From Eledone cirrhosa (taxonomy: Eukaryota): a stretch of DNA of 64,000 nucleotides. The position numbers and the translations under genes are program-made. The first letter of the stretch is position 1, and each line of letters starts with the position of its first letter. Under the pieces are notes generated by a model, which made no database searches, was not told the origin of the DNA, and saw only the letters and a program-made list of their open reading frames with translations. The stretch is from positions 194,990,001-195,054,000 of the forward strand of contig OZ024742.1 in assembly GCA_964016885.1 (NCBI GenBank), in the 5' to 3' direction. Shown piece by piece: positions 13,300 to 25,602 of this stretch.

Positions 13300-13448
13300 A
13301 ACAATGTATTTCTAAGCACTCTTTGGATATTGCTAAACTTATAACGGCTCTGTAGTATACTAGTTATCCTTCATTGAGCTAAAACCACGCTGTCATACCA
13401 AGGGCAATATATCTGCGTGTTTGTGCACATTAATATACTTCTCAACGA

Positions 13449-13526
<78 letters not shown>

Positions 13527-13599
13527 TCGTTGAGAAGTATATTGATGTGATTCTTGAGAGCAAAGGCAAATCTAGAGAAAGTATATATATCATCATGAA

Positions 13600-13683
<84 letters not shown>

Positions 13684-14520
13684 CATGATGATATATATAC
13701 TTTCTCTACTCTAGATTTGCCTCTGCTCTCAAGAATCTATTTTTTTATATTTTATCATGTTCATATTTTCACTTTTCACGTGATATATCTGTTCATCTAA
13801 ATACGAATCATCAGATGTTACATTGTTATTAAACGAACTTCAGTCGACAACTTAAAAAAAACCTTACGTTTTATTACATAGAAGCAGAAATGGTTTGTGT
13901 GCCTGTTAGTACAAAAATAGTTAAAACAGAATATTAAGAGATTTGCTAAAGCTATTAATTATGTCTTAGACCCCGTACTGCTGAGCTCCTCCACAAGATC
14001 GGAGCGTCGGCGGCCCGTCTGAGGAGGGAGCCCCACGAGGTTGGGTGGCTGTTGCAGTGGGTGTCACTGGCCATCTTCCAGGGGAATGCTTTTTCCCTCT
14101 TGTCCGTGTTGCGCAGCACACCTGCCCCCGTGCCCTAGGCCCAAAGCCCAATCACCCTCCCCATCACCCCTCCCCTCTCTTCTTCGACACCAGACTCTTT
14201 CCCTCCTCCCTTTCCCGTTCTTTTTCTTCTTTTTTTCTCTCTTTTTTTTCTATACTTCCCTATTCTTACTTTCCTTTTGTTTCCCCTTTCTTTTTCTTAC
14301 TAAATAAGATTTGTTTTTTTTTTGCTTTTGAATAAATAGATATTAACTTGACAAATGATTCTGATGCAAAATTATGTAGGAAGATTTATATTTAAATAGT
14401 AACCTTTTGTCATGCGTGGTTTTGATTCATAAAACCAGAAATGGTTTTGAGGTGGTTTGATATCAAAAAGGTGGATAAGATGAATAACAAAATATGTTCA
14501 GTTTGAAATAATTTTCTTAC

Positions 14521-14706
14521 TTTGAATGTTTTTATGTTTAACTTCTTTCTCAACAGTATATGACAAGTTAAAGCCTCGATAGGTTCGATCACCAGGTATG
14601 TGATCCGAAGTGAAATGAAGCCATAGTGATGTTGCGTTCATAGACAATACCTGTAATTTTCCTGTGCCGGTGAATTTTTTGAAGTTCTCTTCAAATGCTT
14701 TTCTAC
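14521..14706 (-). CDS. Coding exon 6: second half of CUB domain 3 (GRKAFEENFKKFTGTGKLQVLSMNATSLWLHFTSDHIPGDRTYRGFNLSYTVEKEVKHKNIQ)
   Basis: tattgtag acceptor (phase 1), LWLHFTSD...RGFNLSY motif, A|GTAAGA donor at 14521/14520 (otherwise read-through to a stop at 14498). Confidence 0.85.
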
Positions 14707-15761
14707 CTACAATATAAAAGAGATGTATAATTCGCAACACATAATAATGTATAATTCACAACACATAATAATACACATACACACACACACACACACACAT
14801 ATATAGTGAACTAGGAATATTGGATCCTCCGTCAATGTCTGGGTGAGCAAAAATAGATTTCTATCTGCATTGGAATTTACGAACTTGTGCATCTGCTGTG
14901 GTGTCAAAAACAAACGCACATGACCGCACAGATAAACAATGGACTATGCCACGTGACTTGAACCTGTAAGTGAATTGAAGGTTCTGTAACTCTGATATAC
15001 AGATTATTTATTATTAAGATGTATAAACTTGACATAACTATTATCATCTTATATTCTCTCAACTAATCACATTTGATCATATTTCTCTATCCCGTTTTCT
15101 CCCCCCATAATTATAATATTTTTATTTTTATTTGAAAAAATCGTTTTTTTTACATTGTGTTTTCCCCTCCAAATACTCGCATATATTTCTTTATATATTC
15201 TCTATATATTTGTTTACATATATATTTTTTATCTTTATTCTTATTTTCACTTTTATCCTCCTTTATATTTTACCTTATTCTTACTTTTATACCTTATTAT
15301 AGTGTAATCTTCCCCATGACTTATTATACATTATTAATTATAGATTATTATTATTACTCTTTTTCTATTTCTAATTACGTCATGTACTTTCTCCTCCGTT
15401 ATATATATATATATATATTGTATGCCCTTTGTGTTTATGTAGCCTCTGCACACCCTCTGAACCATACTATCGACGCCACCCCATCTATGGTTCAGCTAAC
15501 CACTCGACTCCCGGGAATGAATATGACCGCACCTAGTAAACAAGGACCCACACCCCACCCTCCCGCACCAAAATTAGACTTATCGTCCCCTACTTTTGCT
15601 CTTTACTCTCGTTACACTTTGTTCTTGAATGTTTGGTTGGTAGAGTCCATAACACCAATCAAACCCCTTTTATAGCTCTGACGAATCCTACGGTTACGTA
15701 AGGAAGAAACATTGTAAGCCAATAAAAATCTTTTGATGTTGTAGACGCTCTTGTGTTCTTT

Positions 15762-15804
<43 letters not shown>

Positions 15805-15895
15805 GTATGTAAAAGGTAAACAGAAATAACAATACAATCGTTTCAGTATATAGAAGGAATATATTAGTTTAACGCTTGAAATAGCAGGAAGAGGC

Positions 15896-15931
15896 TCTTA
15901 ACGTTTCAGAAGCTAATCCTTCATCAGAAGA
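15896..15931 (-). ncRNA. Minimal hammerhead motif (degenerate family copies near 6920-6952 + and 54753-54790 -)
   Basis: UCUU-CUGAUGA-AGGA(UUAGC)UUCU-GAAA-CG-UU^AAGA; ACGU palindromic stem III. Confidence 0.6.
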
Positions 15932-16074
15932 AAGAATGTGAAATTACAAAATTTAAAGGGACGTGCAGGGCGGAATCAGAAAAAAATATGTCTAGAGAAA
16001 AATAACATGTTGCCATCCCTTGAAAAACTGTTGATTCTGGTGTTTTGTGTACGATATACTTTTATAGAAAAGTG

Positions 16075-16281
16075 GATGATGAAGTGTGACGAAGGGGTGT
16101 TGAAAGGTTTGAACGCTGCTACAGAGGCCTGGTTGAAGGCCCAACCTTCCGAGTTCTTTGTACAGGGCCTAGACAAACTGAAGGACCGCTGCAATACATG
16201 TGTGAATCAGAGAGAGCAATATGTTGAATAAAATCACAATTAACTGACCCTCCTAGATTTCTTTTTACACAATGCCAGGAA

Positions 16282-16285
<4 letters not shown>
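16075..16285 (+). mobile_element. Mariner transposase C-terminal remnant ending at (TA)n
   Basis: AWLKAQPSEFFVQGLDKLKDRCNTCVNQREQYVE* matches the mariner F..G..KL..RW..C....G.YVE terminus. Confidence 0.75.
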
Positions 16286-16334
<49 letters not shown>

Positions 16335-16337
<3 letters not shown>

Positions 16338-16891
16338 TGCAGGGCGATAAAAATAGACGGTACACGGAGCAGGCAGACCCAGAAAAACCTAGGACGACTT
16401 GATAAATTCCGACCTCACACACTTACACCTCTCCAAGACAATGTCACTGGACCGAGATCTTTGGCGCTACACAGTAATACAGAAGACCCGCCTTGCCTAA
16501 GTACAAAGCGAAACCTACAGTCAGTAGGCATCTCTAACAAAAATACACCTATTCCCACCACCCCACCCCATCCACACCACCTCTTTCGATGTAAAGTTAT
16601 GTTGGTACCACAACATCCAGTCCGAAATAAATGAGGTTGTGTAGGTGTCACGACAAAACACACAGTCCACGCTGTAACGTGGCCGTGTAGGTAACACGGT
16701 AAAAACCTCCCAGTCCACACTGTAAACGGGGTTGGTGTTAGGAAGGGCATCCAGCCGTAGAAAACCCGCCAGACAGTCCTATACGAACAAGACAACCAAT
16801 CTTGCCTCAAGTGGGAAAATTCCCGTCCAAACCCATGCAAGCGTGGAAGATGGACGTTAAACGATGATGATGATGATGAAGATGATGGTGA

Positions 16892-16893
<2 letters not shown>
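16335..16893 (+). mobile_element. 3' end of an RTE-like LINE with (GAT)n tail
   Basis: Hand translation GRPRKT*DDLINSDL...MSLDRDLWR is typical of an RTE C-terminus; 3' UTR ends in gatgatgat. Confidence 0.7.
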
Positions 16894-16952
<59 letters not shown>

Positions 16953-17064
16953 GCCATTCTTTCAAGTGTGAAATCAACATGACTTTGTATTTTTGTATCC
17001 CTGTGATTTTTTGGGCGTTTTGTTTAAGTAATATTTTACGGATTAATTCGATATTATAAGAGAT

Positions 17065-17252
17065 AATTGTTTCTACTTTAGGCACAAGGCCAGCAATTAC
17101 CCAGTGCATTACTGGTACTTTATTTTATCGACCCCGTAAGGATGAAAGGCAAAGTCAACCTCGGCGGGATTTGAACTCAGATTGTAAAGGGACGTAACTA
17201 TGCTGGAAAGCATGGCGTCCGACCCTCTACCGATACTGCCAATCTACCGCCC
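17065..17252 (-). mobile_element. Full-length SINE with target-site duplication gatattataagagataat
   Basis: Same family; TSD at about 17050-17067 and 17253-17270. Further copies at about 5883-6080 (+), 36805-36987 (-), 40975-41068 (+, partial), 46285-46727 (-, cluster), 57955-58153 (-); older copies at 1100-1740 (-). Confidence 0.88.
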
Positions 17253-17532
17253 GATATTATAAGAGATAATGCCAGTTGAAACAATTATTTGTGTATTATA
17301 TAACTTCTCAAACCGGCCGCCAATGACATGCTCAATAATAACGGCTAAATTCTGAAATTAGAGCAAACTCTATTTGATACAGCCGTGAAAAGACAATACC
17401 CAAACCAAATTAACAAGAGTGACTAAGAAATTGACCATTGAAACGTTAAAAGACTTACCCAGCTGACGTGGTTTCAACTCTGCCAATACTATTAATTGCT
17501 ACTTAGTAGTTAAACATGATGTAACTTATGAA

Positions 17533-17582
<50 letters not shown>

Positions 17583-18462
17583 AGTGCATTTGTCTTATAT
17601 AACATGTAACCATTTGTAAGTTCAGATTTTGTAATTATCGTGTCGCATCCATCACCCCCACCAACAGACACATAGCCATACATCCCTCATCTCAGTACCA
17701 TTGTGTTCTATCTGTCCTCTCTGTCAGTTTTTACCTTGTAAACCAACTGTAAATATAATGTCGAACATATCACCCCATCGCCACCACCACCACCATACAC
17801 ATTGCTATACGTCCACCATCCCTCATTCACAACCTTGTTTTCCCCGTGTTCCCTATGTCACTTTTTAACCTGCAATCCATCGTAAAATTCGATCCTGTAA
17901 ATATTTTGTCGCACACACCACCACCAGGCACATCTCCATATATATACATATGTGTATGTATACTAGGTATTTGTCAGTCTAAGTGTGTCTATGTATGTAT
18001 CTCCTTATTGAATCTGACACCAACAACACATCCATCACACCACCATAAACACCATTACCACAAACAACAACACCTCACCCATACCACACATAAAAATCAA
18101 CCTCAACTACATGCAAATCTGTCTACCGACAACCAGCACCCCCGCTTCACCGCCCAATTCAGCCTAAGACAGTCACCATCGTCTTATCACCACACCCAGC
18201 CCCCACATGCACTACAGGCAAACACATCCCTATGAACTAATCCACCAATCAAAACAAACTTTATTGACCAACATATGAACTTATGACTTTATCATACAGT
18301 TTGTATTCCTTCTCTACTAGCATTTCAAGGGGTCCGTCGAGCCGCAGATTACAGAGTCGGGTAAGATCCATACAGATCGAACCTTGAGCTGATCAGTGGA
18401 GAAAGGCGCGTCACCAACCAATAAATGTAATGAAGGAGTAACCAATCGTCCTTGTTATCTTT

Positions 18463-18513
<51 letters not shown>

Positions 18514-18517
<4 letters not shown>

Positions 18518-21500
18518 AAACATTCCCGAAAAATCATTTTTTAGACCAAGGCTACAGGACTCACGACACCCGGTAGCATAAACCGATTTTGAAAAACCGA
18601 AAATAATTAACATTTCAAATACAAACCTCTCAGCCCAACAAGTAAAAATTCTCTCCAAAGGTCTGAAATTCACACCAACACCACAATACCCTAACCCCAA
18701 CGAGATAAATGACGATATCTCACACTTCTGTAGAAAATTACGTCTCACAGAGGAATTCTTTGACAAGGAGAATAACGACGAATCAATTGTACGGAATAAA
18801 AGCAGCTACAACCCAACAAAAGGTAGAAACAGAGTTCTGGACAAATTTTGTGACCACATAGCTACCTTCCCATACCATGAACTACCGCAACCTAAACCCA
18901 AACCCAACACGAGTCGAAGGGAATGGGAGATTATCCATGAACTAAAAAACAATACGGACATTATAATTAAGGAAGCGGACAATGGAAGTACTGTTGTCAT
19001 TATGGAGGCTGAAAAATATTAAAATTCTATGTTCTCTCTCTTACAAAATACCAATTACTATGAAAGAGTAAAAAACTACTAGCAATCAAAAATAATGACC
19101 AAATTAAACACACTGATTTATCGATACCAAGAAGACCTAACTAAAAAGGAACGCGATTATTTAACAAATTTTGAATACAAAACCAGCAACCTTTACGGAC
19201 TTCCGAAGATCCACAAGTGTAAAATAATCAACGATGCCTGTAAACAATCCACCTCAGCCTGCGTGAACACACAATACCCCACAGACCTTAAATTAAGACC
19301 AATTGTAGCGGGCCCACAATGTGAAACACACAGATTGAGCAACTTTATAGACATACTACTTAAACCAATACTGAAACACATACCAAGCCTTGTAAGAGAC
19401 GATCTGAACCTCTTAAACCACCTCCCCAAACATGTCAACAACGACACTATTATTGTGTCTTTCGATGTAGTGAATCTCTACACAACGATCCCACACCAAT
19501 ACGGACTAGAAGCAATAGGATTCTGGCTAGAGAAATATCCCAATGAGATACCTGACAGAATAGAAAAAAGCTTCATCACCGAGGGATTAAAATTCATCCT
19601 ACAGAACAACTTTTTTGATTTCGATGGCAATACTTACAAGCAAATATCGGGGACTGCGATGGGTACAAAAGCCAACTTATGCCAACTTAGTCATGGCATA
19701 CTTAGAAGTCCAGATATATGAACAGTCCAAATCAAAATACGGATTGAACTTCCACAAATATTTATCAGAGAATTGGAAACGCTACTTGGATGATTGCCTC
19801 ATTCTTTGGTCCCACACACTCGACCAACTGAAGGATTTCAAAAACTTAATAAACGGCATCAATAACCACTTCCAATTCACAATGGAATACAGCCAAGATC
19901 AACTCCCATTTCAGGACATCTTAATCTTAAAAAAAGACACAAATATCGAAACTGACATACACTACAAACCAACAGACTCCAAACAATATCTGCTATTCAC
20001 CTCCAACCATCCAAAGCACACGAAGACGAACATTCCTTTTAACCTAGCAAGAAGAATTTGCACAATTGTCTCCAATTATGAAACGCGAAATAAAAGACTT
20101 CAAGAATTAAAGGAAATTCTACTCGAGAGAGAGTACCCACTATTACTAATAAATAATGAAATAGAAAGGGCTAAAGCAATAGGCATTGATGAATTACGGA
20201 AACAGAAACAAATTCAAGGTACGTCCAATATTCTATCATATATCTCAACACACAACCCAAGAAATGCGGAAGCTTACAACACTATTCACAATAACATCCC
20301 ACTACTAAAACAAAACCCAAGAATGAAAAAAGCCCTTGAAACACACAAAATAATCAAAAGCAAAAGACAACCAAAATCACTGAAAACATTACTCACCAAT
20401 GCCAAATTACCTACCACAAACCCACAACCAAGTATCAAAAAATGTGGTCGCTCTAATTGTGGAACCTGCACTCACCTCATTGAAGGCAACACGTATACAT
20501 TTAAATCAGGACAAAATTTTACTGTAAAAAATCACTTCACTTGCTCATCAAAAAATCTAGTTTATGCCATTAAATGTAAAGGATGCAATGAAGAGTATAT
20601 AGGACAAACTAAACTCACACTCAGAAACAGAATGACAGTTCATCGCCAACAATTACGAGATCCAACCACGAGACAGATACCACTAAGTGCACATCTAGAC
20701 ATTTGTGCAAGTAATAAGACACCCAAATTCCAAGTCTTCCCATTTTACCTTTGCGCTAACAATACAACAGAACAAATGCGAATAAATAAGGAAAATATGT
20801 TTATTCAAAAATATAGACCAACATTAAATAAGGTTTAATATACATTATGTCAACACCACAATATGACATACACACATAACACCTTCTACTTTAGAAAATA
20901 AAAACCCGAAACTAAATAAACTTTAACATACGTTTGCACTGGCAATACAACAGCAAACACGAAAAAGTAAGGAAAATATGTTCATTCAAAAATATTCCTA
21001 CTAAAGGAATCACTTTCCTACACACACACATACACACACACACAATATATATATATATTCTCTTCATCTTAATATGCTAACCATACTCCCACACACATAA
21101 CACCCATACACACACATAACAACCCCCACACCCACAACGTCCTCCCCATTTCTACTAATAGAACCACTTTCCTACACACATATATATACACACACAAAAT
21201 ATATATTCTCTCCATCTTAACATACACGCACACACACACATAACACCCATATACACACACACACAACTCCCTCCCCCATTTCTACTAATAGAATCATCTT
21301 CCAATACACACATACACACACACACATACACACACACAAGCACACAAATAAACATACATATCTTCACTTCAATAGAAAATCTTAACTCTGACACCCCAGC
21401 GAACTAACCATATTCACTGAACCAGAACAATCCCTTTTCTCTTGACCACTATCTGTCCATTGTCATAACATTCGCTATAAAGAATAGTTTTCCAAATAAG

Positions 21501-22012
21501 GGCGCAAAAATGTAATGAAAACTTGTTCACGTGACAGCCATAATTCCATTTATAACCAACCCAAAAAAAGCCTTCGTGAGCCTCCTTTTTTCAAGTAAAA
21601 AGAAATTCAAACACTCATATATGAAAAAACAACCTGTGACAACCAACCCCCCCCCCCCCCTTATTTGAAGAACTATTGTAACGCGAACTGGCGCGAAATT
21701 TATTATAATTATTGACAAACCAATCAAATTACTTCTCGAAAAAGCTGGCATTTCGAGCCACTTTTTCCATATAAAACAAGTAACATTCAGAGACCAACCA
21801 GATGTGAGAAAAACCACAGAGCCTCCATCTCAACTCACCTTTTGAAAAGCAGAAGATCTGCGAAACCGGTAAAGGAACCAAATAAATATATATATTTTTT
21901 AAAAAAATAAGACTCCAGTTGCATTTTCGATTTCATCTCTTTTTCTTTATACTTTCACTCGTGTAGGACACCTTGGTTATTTTTCATTTTGTAAAAAAAA
22001 CTTCACTTTCTA
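18514..22012 (+). mobile_element. Penelope-like retroelement (RT + GIY-YIG) with stops/frameshift, 3' UTR and pseudo-LTR
   Basis: LSKGLKFTPTP, IIKEADNG, YGLPKIHK, RPIV, SFDVVNLYT, GTAMG, WKRYLDD; Cys linker CGRSNCGTC; endonuclease LVYAIKCKGCNEEYIGQT; frameshift near 19670; (TA)n on both sides. Confidence 0.92.
21838..21875 (+). ncRNA. Minimal hammerhead with U3-A8 variant core in the PLE 3' end
   Basis: CCUU-UUGAAAA-GCAGA(AGA)UCUGC-GAAA-CCGG-UA^AAGG. Confidence 0.7.
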
Positions 22013-22019
22013 ATATATA

Positions 22020-22615
22020 TGGTGGCTGCCAACTCGTTTTCGAGTACGGCCACTACTTTATATCCATGTAGAAGAACCCCTACCGATGCGCTGAACGAAT
22101 GTGACATTTTAGTCCAGCCAGCAACTTGAAAACTCTGGTACAAAGACTACACTTGTGACCATTATTGACACATAGTGCAGGGCCCATGGTACCATGTGAT
22201 GACAAGTGCAGAGAGATCTCCAGATATAAAGCAATGCCTGTGCTGTGAAGCTTTTATAGTGAGCAAAGGCACTGCACAAAGCCAGTCCCACTCTCTTAAC
22301 CAAGATGATATTTACCAAAAAGAAGAACAAGTCAACATCATTGGATACCATCAGGGTTGCAGATGTTATATCAGAGTTTTCCTTCTCCTAGAATTCTGCC
22401 TTGACAAAGGCTAAGGGGTCATCTCTCCCGGTGATTTTGGATGGCTATTGACTCTTAAGAGCTCCCTTGCCCTTTGACAGGTTTTGTTTTTAGTCCTGCA
22501 GGATGTCCAAAGTCACCCTCCTCACCAAGAAACCTTGGTGGGGTTGCCAGTTTAGTCGCCAACGACCCGACCATGAGACAGGTTGTACTGGGATACATGT
22601 TACCAGTAGCACATT
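22020..22615 (-). mobile_element. Probable LINE (RTE-like) 5' UTR remnant
   Basis: GC-richer block with ...ctttgtcaaggcagaattctaggagaaggaaaactctg..., recalled from RTE leaders; pattern recognition only. Confidence 0.35.
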
Positions 22616-22863
22616 ATATATATATATATATAATAAAACATTTCTATAGAATCACCAGATAAAATATATACCGTTTCCTCTCCCAATTAGCATAATTAAC
22701 CATATAAAAAATCAATTAGACCAAGCTATAAGAATAAAAGCTCCTATGAAGAAATCTCCGACAAATAACCCAAAGCAGCCCTTCGCGGCGTGTTTTATGA
22801 TATATGGCTCTGATTATTTAATTTATTAACTCTTCATTGAGCCACAAAGTGACCCGTTGCAAA

Positions 22864-22944
<81 letters not shown>

Positions 22945-23593
22945 CCTTTATATGTAATAATCTCCCGTTAGGTTGAGATACAATTTTGGCTGTATTGGGC
23001 TGCGCTTTCTAGCAAAAAGCCTACTAGCCGTAAGCAACTAATCACATCCTTTCTAACTTGACCGCTGCCACGTCACGATTCTTAGCCATTTTTGAATGTA
23101 TTCTTGGCGCGATCACTTTGGAAAATTAATTGTTTAAATTTGAGCTAACTCCTGAAGAGTCCGGTGCTCTAGATTTCCAATGTTATCGGATATCTTAAAA
23201 TGCGGACGAAACCATGGCAGAGGTAACTAAATATGTTCACGTTCCTTCTAGTTTATTTTACACCTAATTCTGTTTAGTTGACTGTATATCTGGTCGATTT
23301 ATACACGCTGTCGAAATACTCGATAAATACTCTGTCGCAACCGCCCCGAAGGACTGCTTTCGGTTATTTGTCGGAGATTTCTTCATAGGAGCTTTTATTC
23401 TTATAGCTTGGTCTAATTGATTTTTTATATGGTTAATTATGCTAACTGGGAGAGGAAACGGTATATATTTTATCTGGTGATTCTATATACATGTTTTATG
23501 ATATATGGCTCTGATCATTTAATTGATTAAATCTTCATTGAGCTCAAAGTGACCCGTTGCAAAACACATATATATATATATATATATGTAAAC

Positions 23594-23631
<38 letters not shown>

Positions 23632-23669
23632 TATTGCAAAATCACTAATTTACAGGTAGCGCATATTTT

Positions 23670-23850
23670 CTTTTTCGCTCACTTATTCCTGTGAGGGTTG
23701 TGGGAGAAGAGTCCTCAGACATACCTCCCGGATTTTCCAGCCAGTAGCAAATATCTCCAAATGATACAGCAGGATACTCAAGCGAGACTAACCAAATTTA
23801 TGGATGTTATCCAACTATGTTGCACCGGGTTTACCTGTGGTTCTCCTGTT
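23670..23850 (-). mobile_element. Old RTE-like LINE 3' remnant
   Basis: GKPGAT*LDNIHKFG*SRLSI...LRTLLPQPSQE resembles the RTE GRPR.RW.D.I...W.RLGI...LLPPQP end. Confidence 0.5.
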
Positions 23851-24416
23851 CTCCTGCTGTTTGACATTTCTCATAAATTCTGCCTTTGTTCAATCTTCCA
23901 TTCAATAATGAGGTATCTTCGAATATGTCCATAAACATTTCTTGTTCTTTATCAAGAAACTCATTCTATGTTATCATAAGTAACATAATCTCTTCACCTC
24001 ACACATTGCTAAGATTAGTTACTCATCTTATTTCATGTTATAATAGAAAAAAGCGTTCAGCCACACTAACCACAACAGAATCACACAAACACACATAGCA
24101 GCAATTTCCAAAACTCAGCCAAATGTCCTCTGGATGGATCCTTCCTCTGTAAGGCCGTGACTCACAGAACAACCACCATACTGTCTGAGAGATTGCTGAG
24201 GAAATATACAGACCTAACTTCCCATTAGTTCAAGAGTAGAGTTATCCAGCACGTACACTCATTTAGATGCCGAAACATGATAAACTCTATCACCCAGCAC
24301 CGTTTCATATGGAAAACCCGTGACATTTCTAGCATCAAATAAGCGTTCCTGACAGAGGACCCCCACGAAAGGGAAACTCTTAATCACTCACTAGAGATTA
24401 GGAAAGATATTCTCAC

Positions 24417-24605
24417 CTGGACCTATTAGTAAAAAATCATGTCCATCCTGTAAATCGATATCGTGTAGATTTAAAACAATATTGGATCCATTGAGAGTGT
24501 ATAGAACCCATTGGCATTCACTATTCAATGGGTACGTTTGGGGATAATTTTGTGATTGAATATATCCAGCAGAAATTCCAACATCGATTTCGAATGCACA
24601 TATTT
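24417..24605 (-). CDS. Coding exon 5: first half of CUB domain 3 (ICAFEIDVGISAGYIQSQNYPQTYPLNSECQWVLYTLNGSNIVLNLHDIDLQDGHDFLLIGP)
   Basis: Not in the ORF track; translated by hand. tttcatttag acceptor, G|GTGAGA donor, phase 1-1, G.I.S.NYP..YP....C.W motif. Confidence 0.9.
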
Positions 24606-25602
24606 CTAAATGAAATAAAATAAAACAAAGTCAAATAAATATAACATGTGATATGCCTGTTTAAAGGTATTTATATATGTATTATCCCCAAGGTACACCA
24701 CGGTGGAAACCCAAATCCAAATGGTTGTGAGCGAACCTTTTAACCATGCAATGGTGCTTTCTCACATGTCGGTCTAAGCATATTAACTGAAATAGCGTAA
24801 TACTGTAAAATTCAAGTAGATATTTTGCATACCGTGGTCCAGCACTTCTGGAGCCATGAAATAACTTGATAAGTCAGACATACATTACTAACATATAAAG
24901 CCCAGAGTTTGGGGGTGGTGTTTGTTATTAATAAAGACACCTAGTAATGTATGTCTGACTTATCAAGTTATTTCATATGTTATATGCATCTCATATATAT
25001 ATATATATATGAGATGCATATGTGTGTGTGTATACGCGTGCGCGCGTGTGTGTGTGTGTGTTTGTGCGTGTGCGTATGTTATATATTTGTTTCAAATAGA
25101 TTGAAACAAATATAATCACAGTCAAAGCTCTTTTTATTTCATAAAAAGCATTACAAAATATGTAATGGGAATTGTTTTGGGAAAGCCAAAGTGTTTTAGA
25201 GATGGAGTGAAACAGAAAGCAAAACAACAGTTGACACTTTTATCTCATATCTCGTGATATTTTAGGTTTTAAGATAAATTTTTCAAAAGCAACATCATGG
25301 TAAATTGTACATGCAAAACGAATTATAATTGATATGATTGCATTATGATCGTAGTTGAAAACGCTTCAAACAATACATTAAAGTTCGATGCCATCATATT
25401 AACACGCCACAGAGTGACTTGAAATGAACCTCCACCAGTTTTGACGACGAGTGTTCCAGTTTGTTGATAAACGGAGCAACCGGGTGGCGAAATTTATCTG
25501 CAAATAGCCGAGCATTCCACAGACACATGTACCTATAATTTTGTATACGAGTATATATATATGTGTGTGTGCGCGTATGTGTATGTATATATATATATAT
25601 AC

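Noticed and set aside
14018-14040. CUGAGGA in the GC-rich repeat as a hammerhead core
   Set aside because: No GAAA or NUH with compatible stems downstream
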